Positions 55,000 to 64,000 of a stretch of DNA of 64,000 nucleotides are shown here, piece after piece. Below the pieces are notes generated by a model. That model worked only from the letters and a program-made list of their open reading frames with translations, had not been told where the DNA came from and did no database searches. Within the stretch, counting starts at the first letter, position 1, and every line of letters begins with the position of its first letter. The stretch is taken from the NCBI GenBank assembly GCA_041917695.1, contig JAYRXE010000037.1, forward strand, positions 222,905 to 286,904, in the 5' to 3' direction. A program made the position numbers and the translations under genes. The DNA is from Minisyncoccota bacterium. GTDB taxonomy: Bacteria > Patescibacteriota > Minisyncoccia > UBA6257 > GWB1-50-10.

Positions 55000-55203
55000 A
55001 TGAAACGCAAAGCATTACAGGATATGCGGACCAAGCCCCTTGCCGAACTCGAGCGGGAGCTTCAAGACGCCGAAGTGAAAATCCGTTCCTTGAAAGCGGA
55101 TATCATGACTGGTAAGGTGAAGAGCTTGAAAGAATTCCGTACGGTGAAAAAGTCGATCGCCCAGCTGCATATTCTCATCGGCGAGAAAAACGCAAACGCA
55201 TAA
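55000..55203 (+). CDS. rpmC: 50S ribosomal protein L29.
   Basis: 67 aa in the correct operon position, coiled-coil-like. Confidence 0.85.
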   Translation: MKRKALQDMRTKPLAELERELQDAEVKIRSLKADIMTGKVKSLKEFRTVKKSIAQLHILIGEKNANA

Positions 55204-55205
55204 CT

Positions 55206-55469
55206 ATGGCAAACGAAACCAAAAAAGTGAATAAGCGCACCCTCGAGGGGACGGTGGTCTCCGCGAAGATGCAGAAGACCCGCATCGTCGAAGTGACGAG
55301 GCTTACGAAGCATGCGCGCTATCACAAATACTACAAGGTGACGAAGCGTTTCGCCGCCCATGACCCGGAGAACGCATATGCCGTCGGCGACAAGGTGCGT
55401 ATCGAGGATTCCCGCCCGGTTTCAAAAACGAAGCGCTGGACCATCATCGCGAAAATAGAGGCCAAGTAA
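55206..55469 (+). CDS. rpsQ: 30S ribosomal protein S17.
   Basis: [20 protein letters not shown]. Confidence 0.9.
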   Translation: MANETKKVNKRTLEGTVVSAKMQKTRIVEVTRLTKHARYHKYYKVTKRFAAHDPENAYAVGDKVRIEDSRPVSKTKRWTIIAKIEAK

Positions 55470-55470
55470 C

Positions 55471-55836
55471 ATGATACAGGAACGTTCCATATTGAAGGTT
55501 GCCGATAACTCGGGTGCGAAATTCATCCGCTGTTTCCGCATTCTCGGCGGTACCCGCCGCCGGTACGCGCGCATCGGCGACATCATTGTTGCTTCCGTGC
55601 AGTCGTCCGAACCCCGCAAGGCGGTGAAGAAGAAGGACGTCGTCCGCGCGCTCGTCGTGCGGTCAAAGGCGCCGACCCGCCGCCGCGACGGTTCCTATGT
55701 CCGTTTTGACGACAATGCGGCGGTCATCATCGAAAAAGGCGAACCGAAGGGAACCCGCATCTTCGGGCCCATTCCCCGGGAAATCAAGGAAAAGGGCTAC
55801 GACACGATCGCGTCCCTTGCCCAGGAACTCGTATAA
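55471..55836 (+). CDS. rplN: 50S ribosomal protein L14.
   Basis: [17 protein letters not shown]. Confidence 0.95.
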   Translation: MIQERSILKVADNSGAKFIRCFRILGGTRRRYARIGDIIVASVQSSEPRKAVKKKDVVRALVVRSKAPTRRRDGSYVRFDDNAAVIIEKGEPKGTRIFGPIPREIKEKGYDTIASLAQELV

Positions 55837-55845
55837 TCCACACCT

Positions 55846-56154
55846 ATGAATCGCATCAAAAAAGGAGATACCGTGAAAATCACGACCGGCAAAGACCGCG
55901 GTAAGACTGGCAAGGTTTTGCGCGTCGATGTCGCCTCAAATCGCGCCGCCGTCGAAGGTTTGAATGTTTTCAAAAAGCACTCCCGTCCGCGCAAGCAGGG
56001 CGAGAAGGGGGAAGTCGTTTCCGTCGCCCGCCCGGTTGCGCTTTCGAATCTGCTGCCCGTATGCCCCTCGTGCGGCACCGGCCGCCGGGTTGGCGTAAAA
56101 GGGACGGGCGATGCGCGCTCGCGCGTCTGCAAGAAATGCGGGACTGAATTCTAA
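55846..56154 (+). CDS. rplX: 50S ribosomal protein L24 with a C-terminal Cys4 zinc ribbon.
   Basis: KOW motif IKKGDTVKITTGKDRGKTGKV, plus CPSCG..(14)..CKKCG. Confidence 0.9.
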   Translation: MNRIKKGDTVKITTGKDRGKTGKVLRVDVASNRAAVEGLNVFKKHSRPRKQGEKGEVVSVARPVALSNLLPVCPSCGTGRRVGVKGTGDARSRVCKKCGTEF

Positions 56155-56159
56155 CTACC

Positions 56160-56660
56160 ATGGAAAAAAAGGCTAAAAAATTGAATTATCGCGACGCCCT
56201 TGAGAAGATCGTCATTTCGGTCGGCGTAGGCAAGATGCGCAACGTCGCGCACTTCGACGACAAGATCCTTCCCGAAATCGTGAAGGAGCTTTCCCAGATT
56301 TCTGGCCAGAAAGCCGCCGTCCGGAAGGCGAAGAAGGCTATTTCGAATTTCAAAACCAGGGCGGGGGATATCGTGGGCCTGCAGATCACCTTGCGCGGCG
56401 CGCGGATGGAAGACTTCTTCGAACGCATGAACACGCTTGTGTTCCCGCGCGTGAAGGACTTCCGGGGCGTCGATCCCAAGAACGTGGACGGCCACGGGCA
56501 TCTGAACGTCGGCTTCAAGGAGCAGTACGTGTTTCCGGAAATCATCGTCGAACAGTCGAATGTATCGTTCGGCGTGCAGGTTACCTGCGTGACGAAACTC
56601 GGTTCCCGCGATGAAGCGATTGATTTTTATCGCGAGGCCGGCGTACCATTGAAAAAGTAA
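56160..56660 (+). CDS. rplE: 50S ribosomal protein L5.
   Basis: Operon position and an L5 fold signature. Confidence 0.9.
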   Translation: MEKKAKKLNYRDALEKIVISVGVGKMRNVAHFDDKILPEIVKELSQISGQKAAVRKAKKAISNFKTRAGDIVGLQITLRGARMEDFFERMNTLVFPRVKDFRGVDPKNVDGHGHLNVGFKEQYVFPEIIVEQSNVSFGVQVTCVTKLGSRDEAIDFYREAGVPLKK

Positions 56661-56662
56661 TT

Positions 56663-56848
56663 ATGGCAAAGAAATCGGTCATCGCGCGGGCCAAAAAAGC
56701 GCCAAAATTCTCAAGCCGGATTGTCCGCCGGTGTTTCCGGTGCGGCCGCAAGCGCGGGTATATGCGCGATTTCAACATGTGCCGCATCTGTTTCCGCGAA
56801 CTCGCGTCGAAAGGGCATATCCCCGGCATTCGGAAATCAAGCTGGTAA
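56663..56848 (+). CDS. rpsZ: 30S ribosomal protein S14, type Z (zinc-binding).
   Basis: 61 aa, [23 protein letters not shown]. Confidence 0.9.
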   Translation: MAKKSVIARAKKAPKFSSRIVRRCFRCGRKRGYMRDFNMCRICFRELASKGHIPGIRKSSW

Positions 56849-56854
56849 AAACCT

Positions 56855-57226
56855 ATGTACATCGATCTCATTATAAAATTGAAGAACGCGGCGCGCGCCG
56901 ACAAGAAGACGCTCCGCACGCGGTATACGAACATGGACCACGCGGTTTCCGAGGTGCTTTTGCGCTACGGATTTTTGAAGAAAATCGAAGTGAAGGGCCG
57001 CGCGCCGAAGCGTACGCTTGAGCTCGCCCTTTCCGCGGAGCGCCCCATCGAGGACGTACGCTTCCTGTCGACGCCGTCGCTTCGCCGGTATGGCGGATAT
57101 AAGGATTTCCGCACGGTAAAGGGCGGGAACGGCATTCTTATCGTCTCGACGCCGAAAGGCATCAAATCCGGCATCGAGGCCAAACGCGAAAAGATCGGCG
57201 GCCAGCTCCTGGCTGAAATTTGGTAA
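56855..57226 (+). CDS. rpsH: 30S ribosomal protein S8.
   Basis: Operon position, 123 aa. Confidence 0.9.
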   Translation: MYIDLIIKLKNAARADKKTLRTRYTNMDHAVSEVLLRYGFLKKIEVKGRAPKRTLELALSAERPIEDVRFLSTPSLRRYGGYKDFRTVKGGNGILIVSTPKGIKSGIEAKREKIGGQLLAEIW

Positions 57227-57236
57227 CCATTACACT

Positions 57237-57779
57237 ATGAGCAAGATTGGAAAAAAAATAATCACGATTCCCGACGGCATCTCCTTTTCGGAGGAAGGCC
57301 GCGAGCTGGTATTTAAGAACGCTTCCGGCGAAACGCGCGTTCCCATGTTGCACGGCGTGAAGCATGCGATTGACGGCAAGACGCTTACGTTCCAGCTCGA
57401 CGAGCATTCGAAGATCGGGCGGAGCAACTGGGGGACGATCGCGGCTTTGTGTTTGAACGCCATCGAAGGGCTTTCGAAAGGATTTTCCAAGAAGCTCATC
57501 CTTGAGGGCGTGGGCTACCGCGTCGCAAAAGACGGCGAAGGCCTTGCGTTGAACCTCGGTTTTTCGCATCCGGTTACCTATCCCGCGACCTCCGGCATTA
57601 CGTTCGAGGTAGAAAAAAATTCCATCCTTACCGTGAAGGGGACGAACAAGGCGCAGGTGGGGCAGGTAGCCGCCGAAATCCGCGCTATGAAGAAGCCCGA
57701 GCCGTACAAGGGAAAGGGATTCCGGTACGAGGGCGAAACCATCCGCCGCAAGGCCGGCAAGAAGGGCGGCACGGCATAA
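57237..57779 (+). CDS. rplF: 50S ribosomal protein L6.
   Basis: MSKIGKKIITIPDG. Confidence 0.9.
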   Translation: MSKIGKKIITIPDGISFSEEGRELVFKNASGETRVPMLHGVKHAIDGKTLTFQLDEHSKIGRSNWGTIAALCLNAIEGLSKGFSKKLILEGVGYRVAKDGEGLALNLGFSHPVTYPATSGITFEVEKNSILTVKGTNKAQVGQVAAEIRAMKKPEPYKGKGFRYEGETIRRKAGKKGGTA

Positions 57780-57795
57780 TCGTTAAAAGAATTCC

Positions 57796-58152
57796 ATGAA
57801 AAAGAGCAAAAAAATAGTAAAAGTTAAGGCGCGCCGCTCCCATCGGGTGCGCACCGCGCTTGGCAAAGGCACGTCCGAAAAGCCGCGGCTTTCCGTTTTC
57901 CGGAGCAACACCCACATCTATGCCCAGCTCATCGACGATGAGACGGGAAAGACGGTTGTTTCCGCCTCGTCCCACGATGTGAAAACCAAAGCGAAAAAGG
58001 CGGATGTTGCCAAAGAAGTCGGCAAACTTGCGGCTGAAAAGGCGAAGAAGGCGGGCATTTCGAGCGCCGTTTTCGATCGGGGCACGTACAAATACCATGG
58101 ACGGGTGAAATCGCTTGCCGAGGGCGCCCGCGAAGGAGGGTTGAAGTTTTAA
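57796..58152 (+). CDS. rplR: 50S ribosomal protein L18.
   Basis: [19 protein letters not shown]. Confidence 0.9.
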   Translation: MKKSKKIVKVKARRSHRVRTALGKGTSEKPRLSVFRSNTHIYAQLIDDETGKTVVSASSHDVKTKAKKADVAKEVGKLAAEKAKKAGISSAVFDRGTYKYHGRVKSLAEGAREGGLKF

Positions 58153-58177
58153 ACGAATTCACTGAGAATAAAACACT

Positions 58178-58675
58178 ATGCGCGAAGAACGGAGGCCGAG
58201 AGCCCAAAAGAAGTCTGAATACCTGGAACGCGTCCTTGAAGTGCGCCGCGTGACTCGCGTGGTCGCCGGAGGCAAGCGTTTCAGTTTCCGCGCGACGATT
58301 GTCGTCGGGAACGGCCGGGGGAAGGTCGGTGTCGGCATCGGCAAGGGCCTTGATGTGGCCTCCGCCGTGAACAAGGCGAAGCGCCAGGCCGAAAAGGATT
58401 TTATTGAGGTCCGCTTGAAGGACCGCCGCACGATTGCCCACGACGTCGAGGCGAAGTATTCCGCCGCCCGCGTCCGCTTGAAGCCCGCCCGGGAGGGCAA
58501 CGGCCTCATCGCCGGCGGTTCGCTCCGCGCCGTTTTGGAGCTCGCGGGCGTGAAGGATATTTCCGCCAAAATTCTCGGCCGGACGACGAATAAGCTGACG
58601 AATGCGATGGCGACGGTCGAAGCATTGAAAAAACTTCGCGCGACGAAGGAGGAAAAGGCGCCGATCGCGGCATAA
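58178..58675 (+). CDS. rpsE: 30S ribosomal protein S5.
   Basis: RVTRVVAGGKRFSFRATIVVGNGRGKVG. Confidence 0.95.
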   Translation: MREERRPRAQKKSEYLERVLEVRRVTRVVAGGKRFSFRATIVVGNGRGKVGVGIGKGLDVASAVNKAKRQAEKDFIEVRLKDRRTIAHDVEAKYSAARVRLKPAREGNGLIAGGSLRAVLELAGVKDISAKILGRTTNKLTNAMATVEALKKLRATKEEKAPIAA

Positions 58676-58688
58676 ATAACGAGAATCT

Positions 58689-59111
58689 ATGCAGACACAC
58701 ACTTTTAAACCGAATACGGAAAGCCGATTGAAGAAGCGCGTTGGCCGCGGCGGCAAGCGCGGTACGACGTCGGGGAAGGGCCAAAAGGGCCAGAGCGCCC
58801 GCGCGGGCCGCAAAAAGCGCCCGGCGGAACGCGACATCCTTTCGAAATTCCCGAAGTTGCGCGGTATCGGCAATGCGGCGAACCGCCGTGAAGAGACGTT
58901 TGAAATTTATTTGAACGATATCGCGGGCTATGCCGAAAACGGCGTGCTTTCGAGAAAGACGTTGGTGAAGAAAGGGCTTATCCGCCGGACGAACGCGCCG
59001 GTGAAGATCGTCCTTCGCGGGGAGGTGAAATCCGCCTATACCATCGAGGGCATTCCCGCATCCGCTGCGGCAAAGAAGAAAATCGAAGAAAAGGGAGGGA
59101 CCGTTTCCTAA
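58689..59111 (+). CDS. rplO: 50S ribosomal protein L15. It directly follows rpsE with no rpmD (L30) between them.
   Basis: RVGRGGKRGTTSGKGQKGQ. Confidence 0.9.
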   Translation: MQTHTFKPNTESRLKKRVGRGGKRGTTSGKGQKGQSARAGRKKRPAERDILSKFPKLRGIGNAANRREETFEIYLNDIAGYAENGVLSRKTLVKKGLIRRTNAPVKIVLRGEVKSAYTIEGIPASAAAKKKIEEKGGTVS

Positions 59112-59115
59112 CCCC

Positions 59116-60387
59116 ATGGGTAAATTTCTGAATATCTTCAAAGTTTCCGACCTTCGCAAGAAGGTGTTTATCATTCTCGGGATACTCGGCATCACGCGGC
59201 TTTTGGCCGCCATTCCCGTGCCCGGCATTGATACGAGCCGCCTGCAGGAACTTTTTTCCTCGAACCAGCTCTTCGGCTTTTTGAACCTTTTCTCGGGCGG
59301 CGGCCTCAGCAATTTCTCGCTTGTCATGCTTGGCGTGGGCCCGTATATCACTGCCTCCATCATCATGCAGCTTTTGACCATTATCTTTCCGGCCCTTAAG
59401 AAGGCATATTACGAAGAAGGCCCGGCCGGGCGCGCGAAGTTCAACCGCATCTCCCGCTATCTCACGGTGCCTCTCGCGGTCGTCCAGGCGTACAGCTTCA
59501 TCAATCTGCTCGTTTCGCAGGGCATCCTCCGTCCGTTGGCCCCCTTCGAGCTTGTCACTGATATCGTCATTATCACCGCCGGCAGCGTCCTTCTGATGTG
59601 GCTTGGCGAGCTCATCACGGAGTATAAGATCGGCAATGGTGTTTCGCTCATCATCTTTGCGGGTATCGTCGCAAAATTGCCCCAGTTTATCACCCAGTCC
59701 ATTGCGAGCTACACGCCCGCGATGCTCCCGATTTATGCGGCCTTTATCATCCTTGCCGTCGTCGTTATCGCCGGCGTCGTTTTCATCAGCGAAGGGGAGC
59801 GCAAAATTCCGGTGACGTATGCGAAGCAGGTGCGCGGTAACAAGCTCTACGGCGGCGCCTCGTCCTATTTGCCCCTCAAGGTGAACCAGGCTGGTGTGAT
59901 TCCCATCATCTTTGCCGTGTCCGTGGTGCTTTTTCCGCAATTCATCGCGCAGGGCGTCGCGCTTTTCTCGCCCGAGCTTTCCATTACGCTTACGGGATAC
60001 GTGAACAGCTTTTTCAACAATATCCTGCTCTATAGCGCCGTGTATTTTCTCTTGGTCGTCATGTTCACGTACCTCTACACGTCGATTACCTTCGATCCTG
60101 CGGAAATCGCGAAGAACCTCCAGCGGGCGGGGGGATTCATCCCCGGCATCCGTCCCGGTTCCGCAACGTCCGACTACATCCATTCGGCGGTCGGGCGCAC
60201 CACGCTCTTCGGCGCGCTGTTCCTCGGCGTGATTGCCATCTTGCCGCATCTTACGCAGGTCTTTACCGGCGTGAAGGCGCTTGCCTTGGGCGGCACCGGA
60301 CTCCTTATCGTCGTATCTGTCGCATTGGAAACGATGAAGCAATTGGAAAGCCAGCTTACGATGCGGGAGTACGAAGGAATATTCTAA
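59116..60387 (+). CDS. secY: Preprotein translocase subunit SecY.
   Basis: Ten transmembrane segments, GILGITRLLAAIPVPGID. Confidence 0.95.
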   Translation: MGKFLNIFKVSDLRKKVFIILGILGITRLLAAIPVPGIDTSRLQELFSSNQLFGFLNLFSGGGLSNFSLVMLGVGPYITASIIMQLLTIIFPALKKAYYEEGPAGRAKFNRISRYLTVPLAVVQAYSFINLLVSQGILRPLAPFELVTDIVIITAGSVLLMWLGELITEYKIGNGVSLIIFAGIVAKLPQFITQSIASYTPAMLPIYAAFIILAVVVIAGVVFISEGERKIPVTYAKQVRGNKLYGGASSYLPLKVNQAGVIPIIFAVSVVLFPQFIAQGVALFSPELSITLTGYVNSFFNNILLYSAVYFLLVVMFTYLYTSITFDPAEIAKNLQRAGGFIPGIRPGSATSDYIHSAVGRTTLFGALFLGVIAILPHLTQVFTGVKALALGGTGLLIVVSVALETMKQLESQLTMREYEGIF

Positions 60388-60406
60388 ACGCTAAGCAGAG
60401 CGACTT

Positions 60407-60430
60407 AAAAAACCGCATTCGCGGTTTTTT
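60407..60430 (+). terminator. Rho-independent terminator after secY.
   Basis: aaaaaaccgcattcgcggtttttt. Confidence 0.7.
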
Positions 60431-60460
60431 ATTTTGGCGGAATCGGGGTAGAATCAAGCC

Positions 60461-61138
60461 ATGAAGAAAGCGGTCATCATTTACGGTTCTCCGGGCTCCG
60501 GAAAAAGCACGCAGGCCGAGCTTGTGGCGCGTATGGGGCACCATACGCATTTTGACACCGGCCGGGCTATCCGGAACCTTCTTGAGAGTCCTGAGGCGAA
60601 AAAGGACCCGATTTTGAAGCGGGAGCGTGCTTTAAACAACAGCGGACGGCTTTGCACGCCGTCGTGGGTATTAAAAACCGTGAAGCATGCCGCCTCAGCC
60701 ATCGCTTCGTCCGGCAACGGCGTCGTTTTTAGCGGTTCCCCGCGGACGATGTACGAGGCATTCGGCGATACGCGTACGCAGGGGCTTTTCGAATTTCTCT
60801 CGAAATTGTTCGGCAAGAAGAATATCATCGTTATCCAGCTTGACGTCCACGAGCACGTTTCGAAGAAACGGAATGCCGCGCGATTCACCTGCAGTTTGTG
60901 CGCATTGCCGCGTCTGGCTCATGCGCAGAACCGCCTGTGCTCTTTTTGCGATGCGCCGTTCAAGCGCCGGGATGACGATGCGCCCGAAGTGACGCATGCC
61001 CGTTTCGAGGAATATTACACGCGCACTCTTCCCATTGTTTCTGCGGCGAAGCGGGCGGGATATACGATAAAAAAAATTAACGGCGAAAAGCTTCCGTTCG
61101 CCGTATTCAAGTCCGTTCGGAAGGCCGCCGGCATTTAG
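60461..61138 (+). CDS. adk: Adenylate kinase (zinc-lid type), divergent sequence.
   Basis: P-loop GSPGSGKST, GSPRT, lid Cys4 (CSLC..CSFC), operon position after secY. Confidence 0.7.
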   Translation: MKKAVIIYGSPGSGKSTQAELVARMGHHTHFDTGRAIRNLLESPEAKKDPILKRERALNNSGRLCTPSWVLKTVKHAASAIASSGNGVVFSGSPRTMYEAFGDTRTQGLFEFLSKLFGKKNIIVIQLDVHEHVSKKRNAARFTCSLCALPRLAHAQNRLCSFCDAPFKRRDDDAPEVTHARFEEYYTRTLPIVSAAKRAGYTIKKINGEKLPFAVFKSVRKAAGI

Positions 61139-61897
61139 ATGATCACCTATAAGTCAAAGGAAGACCTTGAGCTTCTCCGCGTCTCCGGCGCGATTCTTTC
61201 GAGTGTTTTGAAAACTTTGCGGAGTGAAGCGCGCGAAGGCGTGCGGCTTTCGTATCTCGACAAGACGGCAGGAGCGCTTTTGAAATCAAAAGGGGCGAAA
61301 TCGGCATTTTTGGGGTATCGCCCTGAGGGAGCCGCGAAAGCCTTTCCCGCGCATATCTGCACATCGATAAACGACGAAGTGGTGCACGGCCTCCCGCGCG
61401 ATTATGCCTTGAAAACGGGGGACGTCTTGAAGATCGACCTCGGCGTGGATTACGAGGGGATGATTACTGATTCCGCGACTACCGTCGCAATCGGTCCGGT
61501 TTCGAAGAAAATAGAGAATTTGATTACTGCTACCGAAGCCGCACTCTACGATGCGATAGCCGTGGCAAAACCGGGGAAGCATCTCGGCGATATCGGCTAC
61601 GCGGTCGAAAAGCGGGTAATGCGCGGGAAATTCAAAATTATTGACGGGCTTACCGGCCATGGCACGGGCTTCAAGCTTCACGAGGACCCGACGGTATGGA
61701 ACTTCGGCCGGAAAGGGGAGGGCTTGGCGCTTCGCGAGGGGCTGGTGCTCGCCATCGAGCCGATGGCCTCCATCGGCACGGAAAAGACCATCGAGACCGC
61801 CGACGGCATCTTTAAGACGGTGGACGGTTCCACGGCTGCCCACTTCGAGCACACGATATTCATTACGAAGACCGGGTGCGAGATACTCACGAAATAG
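61139..61897 (+). CDS. map: Methionine aminopeptidase type I.
   Basis: Metal ligands in D..D..H..E..E arrangement (DLGVDYEGMITDS, HGTGFKLHE, LAIEPM, EHTIFI). Confidence 0.9.
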   Translation: MITYKSKEDLELLRVSGAILSSVLKTLRSEAREGVRLSYLDKTAGALLKSKGAKSAFLGYRPEGAAKAFPAHICTSINDEVVHGLPRDYALKTGDVLKIDLGVDYEGMITDSATTVAIGPVSKKIENLITATEAALYDAIAVAKPGKHLGDIGYAVEKRVMRGKFKIIDGLTGHGTGFKLHEDPTVWNFGRKGEGLALREGLVLAIEPMASIGTEKTIETADGIFKTVDGSTAAHFEHTIFITKTGCEILTK

Positions 61898-61970
61898 GAA
61901 ATATTGACAAATACGCTTTTTTAGGTTACTATTTTTTCAGCGTTTGAATTAAAAACCAAAGGAGGAAGGT

Positions 61971-62417
61971 TTGCTCTTCAAAGAAATTTCGCCTGACGAA
62001 GCAGTCCAGGCGTTTGAGCGGTATATGTCTGCATCTGAAACGAGGTGTATACAGAAAATTTTTGGAAAGCATTTTGCCCTCTTCGTCCATGAACGGGACT
62101 TGAGGCTCAGCTTTTCAGCGGCATTTTACCTTTACGACGATATCGTATGCGTAACGTGCCTTACCGGCGAAATGCCGAGTTATAAAGCCCTTAACGAGAT
62201 GCAGATTGGATACTTCGTTTTCGATTCTGAAAGCGGAGAATTGAGCTTGCGTATGGGGTGGTGTTTCGAAGAAAAGATGCTGGTTCTGAATATTCCGACC
62301 TCCTTATATGATTTACATTGGCTTACGGGCCATTTGGGAGGGGGAGTGGAGGTTTTTTCGCTTCTTCCACGCTCCATGCGAAGAGGAGATATGGAATACC
62401 AGGAGAACAGATGTTAA
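61971..62417 (+). CDS. Hypothetical protein (low GC).
   Basis: 148-aa ORF. GGAGGAAGG SD precedes a TTG start. AT-shifted codon usage. Confidence 0.45.
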   Translation: MLFKEISPDEAVQAFERYMSASETRCIQKIFGKHFALFVHERDLRLSFSAAFYLYDDIVCVTCLTGEMPSYKALNEMQIGYFVFDSESGELSLRMGWCFEEKMLVLNIPTSLYDLHWLTGHLGGGVEVFSLLPRSMRRGDMEYQENRC

Positions 62418-62538
62418 GGCCGGATTTTATCCGGTCTTTTATTTTGCGTGCGCGAAGCACTTGCGCAATATATTATTTTGTGCTATAATAATACCAGTAA
62501 GTTAAATAAACCATAAGGGAGAAAAATGGTGGGCAAAA

Positions 62539-62838
62539 ATGACGCCATTTGAAATCAATTTTTATTCATTGCTTTCAAGGAGGGCGACCCTCCTGGGAAA
62601 ACTGGTGAGATATGCTGATTTTTCAGCCGGCAAAATCACCAAAAACGAGAATGATATTTTGGTACGGCAATACGTCTATCTTTACGATTACTTGCGGGTA
62701 GGCAATGCGCAATTCTACTTTTACCTCCGGCAATTTCACCATATTCCTGAAGAGCTCCATGTGGGTTTGAGAAACGGCCATGAAATCGTGACTCTTCATC
62801 CGGCCTTGGCGGAGGTCCGTGCATCTTTTGATAACTGA
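62539..62838 (+). CDS. Hypothetical protein (low GC).
   Basis: 99-aa ORF rich in Y/F/L. Followed by a terminator. Confidence 0.4.
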   Translation: MTPFEINFYSLLSRRATLLGKLVRYADFSAGKITKNENDILVRQYVYLYDYLRVGNAQFYFYLRQFHHIPEELHVGLRNGHEIVTLHPALAEVRASFDN

Positions 62839-62841
62839 TTT

Positions 62842-62872
62842 AAAAAGCCCCGAATGGGGCTTTTATTTTTTC
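62842..62872. terminator. Bidirectional terminator.
   Basis: aaaaagccccgaatggggcttttatttttt. Confidence 0.7.
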
Positions 62873-64000
62873 TCCTTCTTATGCGGATTATGGTTTGGGC
62901 AGGATTTGTTCGAGCACCGCTCGGGTATCGTTTTCGTGCCTTCCATCATGAGCGCTCCGCATTCGGAACAGGTTTTTCCGGTCGGTTTCGATTTCATGAT
63001 GAACTTGCAGGCGGGATAATTCGAACAGCTGTAGAAAAAGCCGAAACGTCCTTTCCGCTCGACGATTTCGCCTGTCTTACATTCGGGGCAGGCAACCCCG
63101 GTTTTCCGCTTCGCCTCCTCTTCGGGGCTTTCCTTGATGTATTTGCACTTCGGGTAACGGTCGCAGGAGATGAACTTGCCGAACCGTCCCTCGCGTTCGA
63201 TGAGTTTCCCTTTTTCGCACTTCGGGCACATTTCGCCGGTCTCCTTCGGCGGCTCCATTTCGGAACCGTCGAATTTCCGCGCTCCCTGGCAGTCGGGAAA
63301 CCGCTTACAACTCAGGAATTTGCCGGTCCGCCCGAGTTTTACGATCATATCGGCTCCGCACACCGGGCATTTGAACTCCGCCGGCGCATCGCCGAGGTTC
63401 GTCGCTTTGTCGAGTTTTTCCTTTGATTTCACGTCCTTTTGAAACGGCTTGTAGAAATCCGAAAGGCTCTTCAGATAATCGCGCTTGCCGTCCGCTATCT
63501 CGTCGAGCTCGTCCTCCATTTCGGCGGTAAAGGTGTCGGAGATATAGGAAGGGAAATGTTCCTCGAGGAAATTGTTCACGACTTCGCCGGTGTCGGTGGG
63601 TACCAAGGCGCGCTGGATCTTTTCCACGTATCCGCGGTCGACGAGCGTCTTGATGATGGACGCGTAGGTCGAGGGGCGGCCGATGCCGCGCTTTTCAAGC
63701 TCTTTGATCAATCCCGCTTCCGAATACCGGCCCGGCGGCTGGGTTTCCTTCGCTTCTTCACTGATGTCGGCGAGGGTAATCGAATCTCCCGGTTTTACAT
63801 CCGGCAGGATGACCGCCTCGTTCTTGGCGAAAGAATCCGCGGTGAGCCATCCTTCAAAAACGAGAATATTGCCGTTTGCGGAAAAGTCCGGGATTGTTTC
63901 GCCGGAAATGTTCGCGCTCACCTTCGTGCGGAGGATTTTTGCGTCGGACATCTGGCTTGCGACGGTCCGCTCCCAAATCAATTTATAGAGCCGTTTTTGC
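62863..64000 (-). CDS. topA: DNA topoisomerase I, C-terminal part. Partial: the N-terminus lies beyond the window end.
   Basis: GRPSTYASII and multiple C4 zinc-ribbon repeats (CPVCGADM..CKRFPDC, CPKCEKGKL..CDRYPKC, CPECKTGEI..CSNYPAC). The reading frame is open up to position 64000. Confidence 0.85.
   Translation of the reverse strand, partial: QKRLYKLIWERTVASQMSDAKILRTKVSANISGETIPDFSANGNILVFEGWLTADSFAKNEAVILPDVKPGDSITLADISEEAKETQPPGRYSEAGLIKELEKRGIGRPSTYASIIKTLVDRGYVEKIQRALVPTDTGEVVNNFLEEHFPSYISDTFTAEMEDELDEIADGKRDYLKSLSDFYKPFQKDVKSKEKLDKATNLGDAPAEFKCPVCGADMIVKLGRTGKFLSCKRFPDCQGARKFDGSEMEPPKETGEMCPKCEKGKLIEREGRFGKFISCDRYPKCKYIKESPEEEAKRKTGVACPECKTGEIVERKGRFGFFYSCSNYPACKFIMKSKPTGKTCSECGALMMEGTKTIPERCSNKSCPNHNPHKKEKK

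Noticed and set aside
52704-60342. Several long minus-strand ORFs (380, 314, 291 and 454 aa) across the ribosomal operon and secY.
   Set aside because: All are antisense to canonical r-protein and secY genes, with Arg/Gly/Ala-rich low-complexity products.
1-64000. Searched for a CRISPR array, an integron or IS/transposase, prophage structural genes and rRNA.
   Set aside because: No periodic direct repeats with spacers, no transposase, integrase or terminase-like ORFs, and no rRNA signatures were seen. The low-GC islands lack mobility genes. The tRNA cluster has no adjacent integrase.

Overview
High-GC (~60%) bacterial chromosome segment with short low-GC islands. Gene content points to a Candidate Phyla Radiation / Patescibacteria (Parcubacteria-like) genome: an rpsJ-to-secY ribosomal operon that lacks rpmD (L30), lamin-tail-domain and DUF4012 proteins, giant tail-fibre-like repeat proteins, a split transketolase and a type II glutamine synthetase. 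This placement is inference from gene content, not a search.

Layout of the window, 5' to 3':
- 1-2537: polysaccharide flippase (partial) and WbaP-like sugar transferase.
- 2646-4793: thiol-redox cluster (DsbA-like, SPW-repeat protein, glutaredoxin, trxB).
- 4831-14090: duplicated module of a giant secreted tail-fibre-like repeat protein followed by a small membrane-anchored cupredoxin-like protein, with an MsbA-type ABC exporter between the two copies.
- 14268-17674: recR, dnaB, cysS.
- 17679-19963: Cys-rich secreted repeat protein and a lamin-tail-domain protein.
- 20002-22062: pgpA and a Trx-like / DsbB / Trx-like trio.
- 22106-26427: ppsA, DUF167, DUF192, fmt, def.
- 26718-28575: low-GC island. 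It holds a promoter-plus-terminator-bounded candidate sRNA, a Zn-ribbon hypothetical protein and an RSH-type HD small-alarmone-hydrolase-like protein.
- 28598-31541: ldhA-like dehydrogenase, eno, rluA-family pseudouridine synthase.
- 31530-31780: second candidate sRNA with a perfect consensus promoter.
- 31791-33039: ybaB and an orphan histidine-kinase-like ATPase domain.
- 33137-36172: pentose-phosphate block (rpiB, rpe, tktN, tktC).
- 36174-43277: HExxH protein, rsmI, and a glycan locus (GNAT, sugar transferase, two GT4, DUF4012).
- 43356-44453: glnII-type glutamine synthetase.
- 44563-44896: three tandem tRNA genes on the minus strand. Each needs a hairpin-forming insertion (21, about 22 and about 37 nt) to fit a cloverleaf. 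The cluster has its own promoter and terminator.
- 45394-48833: DedA, small hypothetical proteins, lepA.
- 49034-61897: tuf, then rpsJ through rplO, secY, adk, map. An unusual 200-bp promoter+terminator spacer separates rpsJ and rplC.
- 61971-62838: two low-GC hypothetical genes where infA, rpmJ, rpsM, rpsK, rpsD, rpoA and rplQ would be expected.
- 62863-64000: convergent partial topA.

No CRISPR array, rRNA, transposase or integrase was seen. The supplied ORF track contains many long GC-driven antisense ORFs. Those are listed under noticed_but_rejected.
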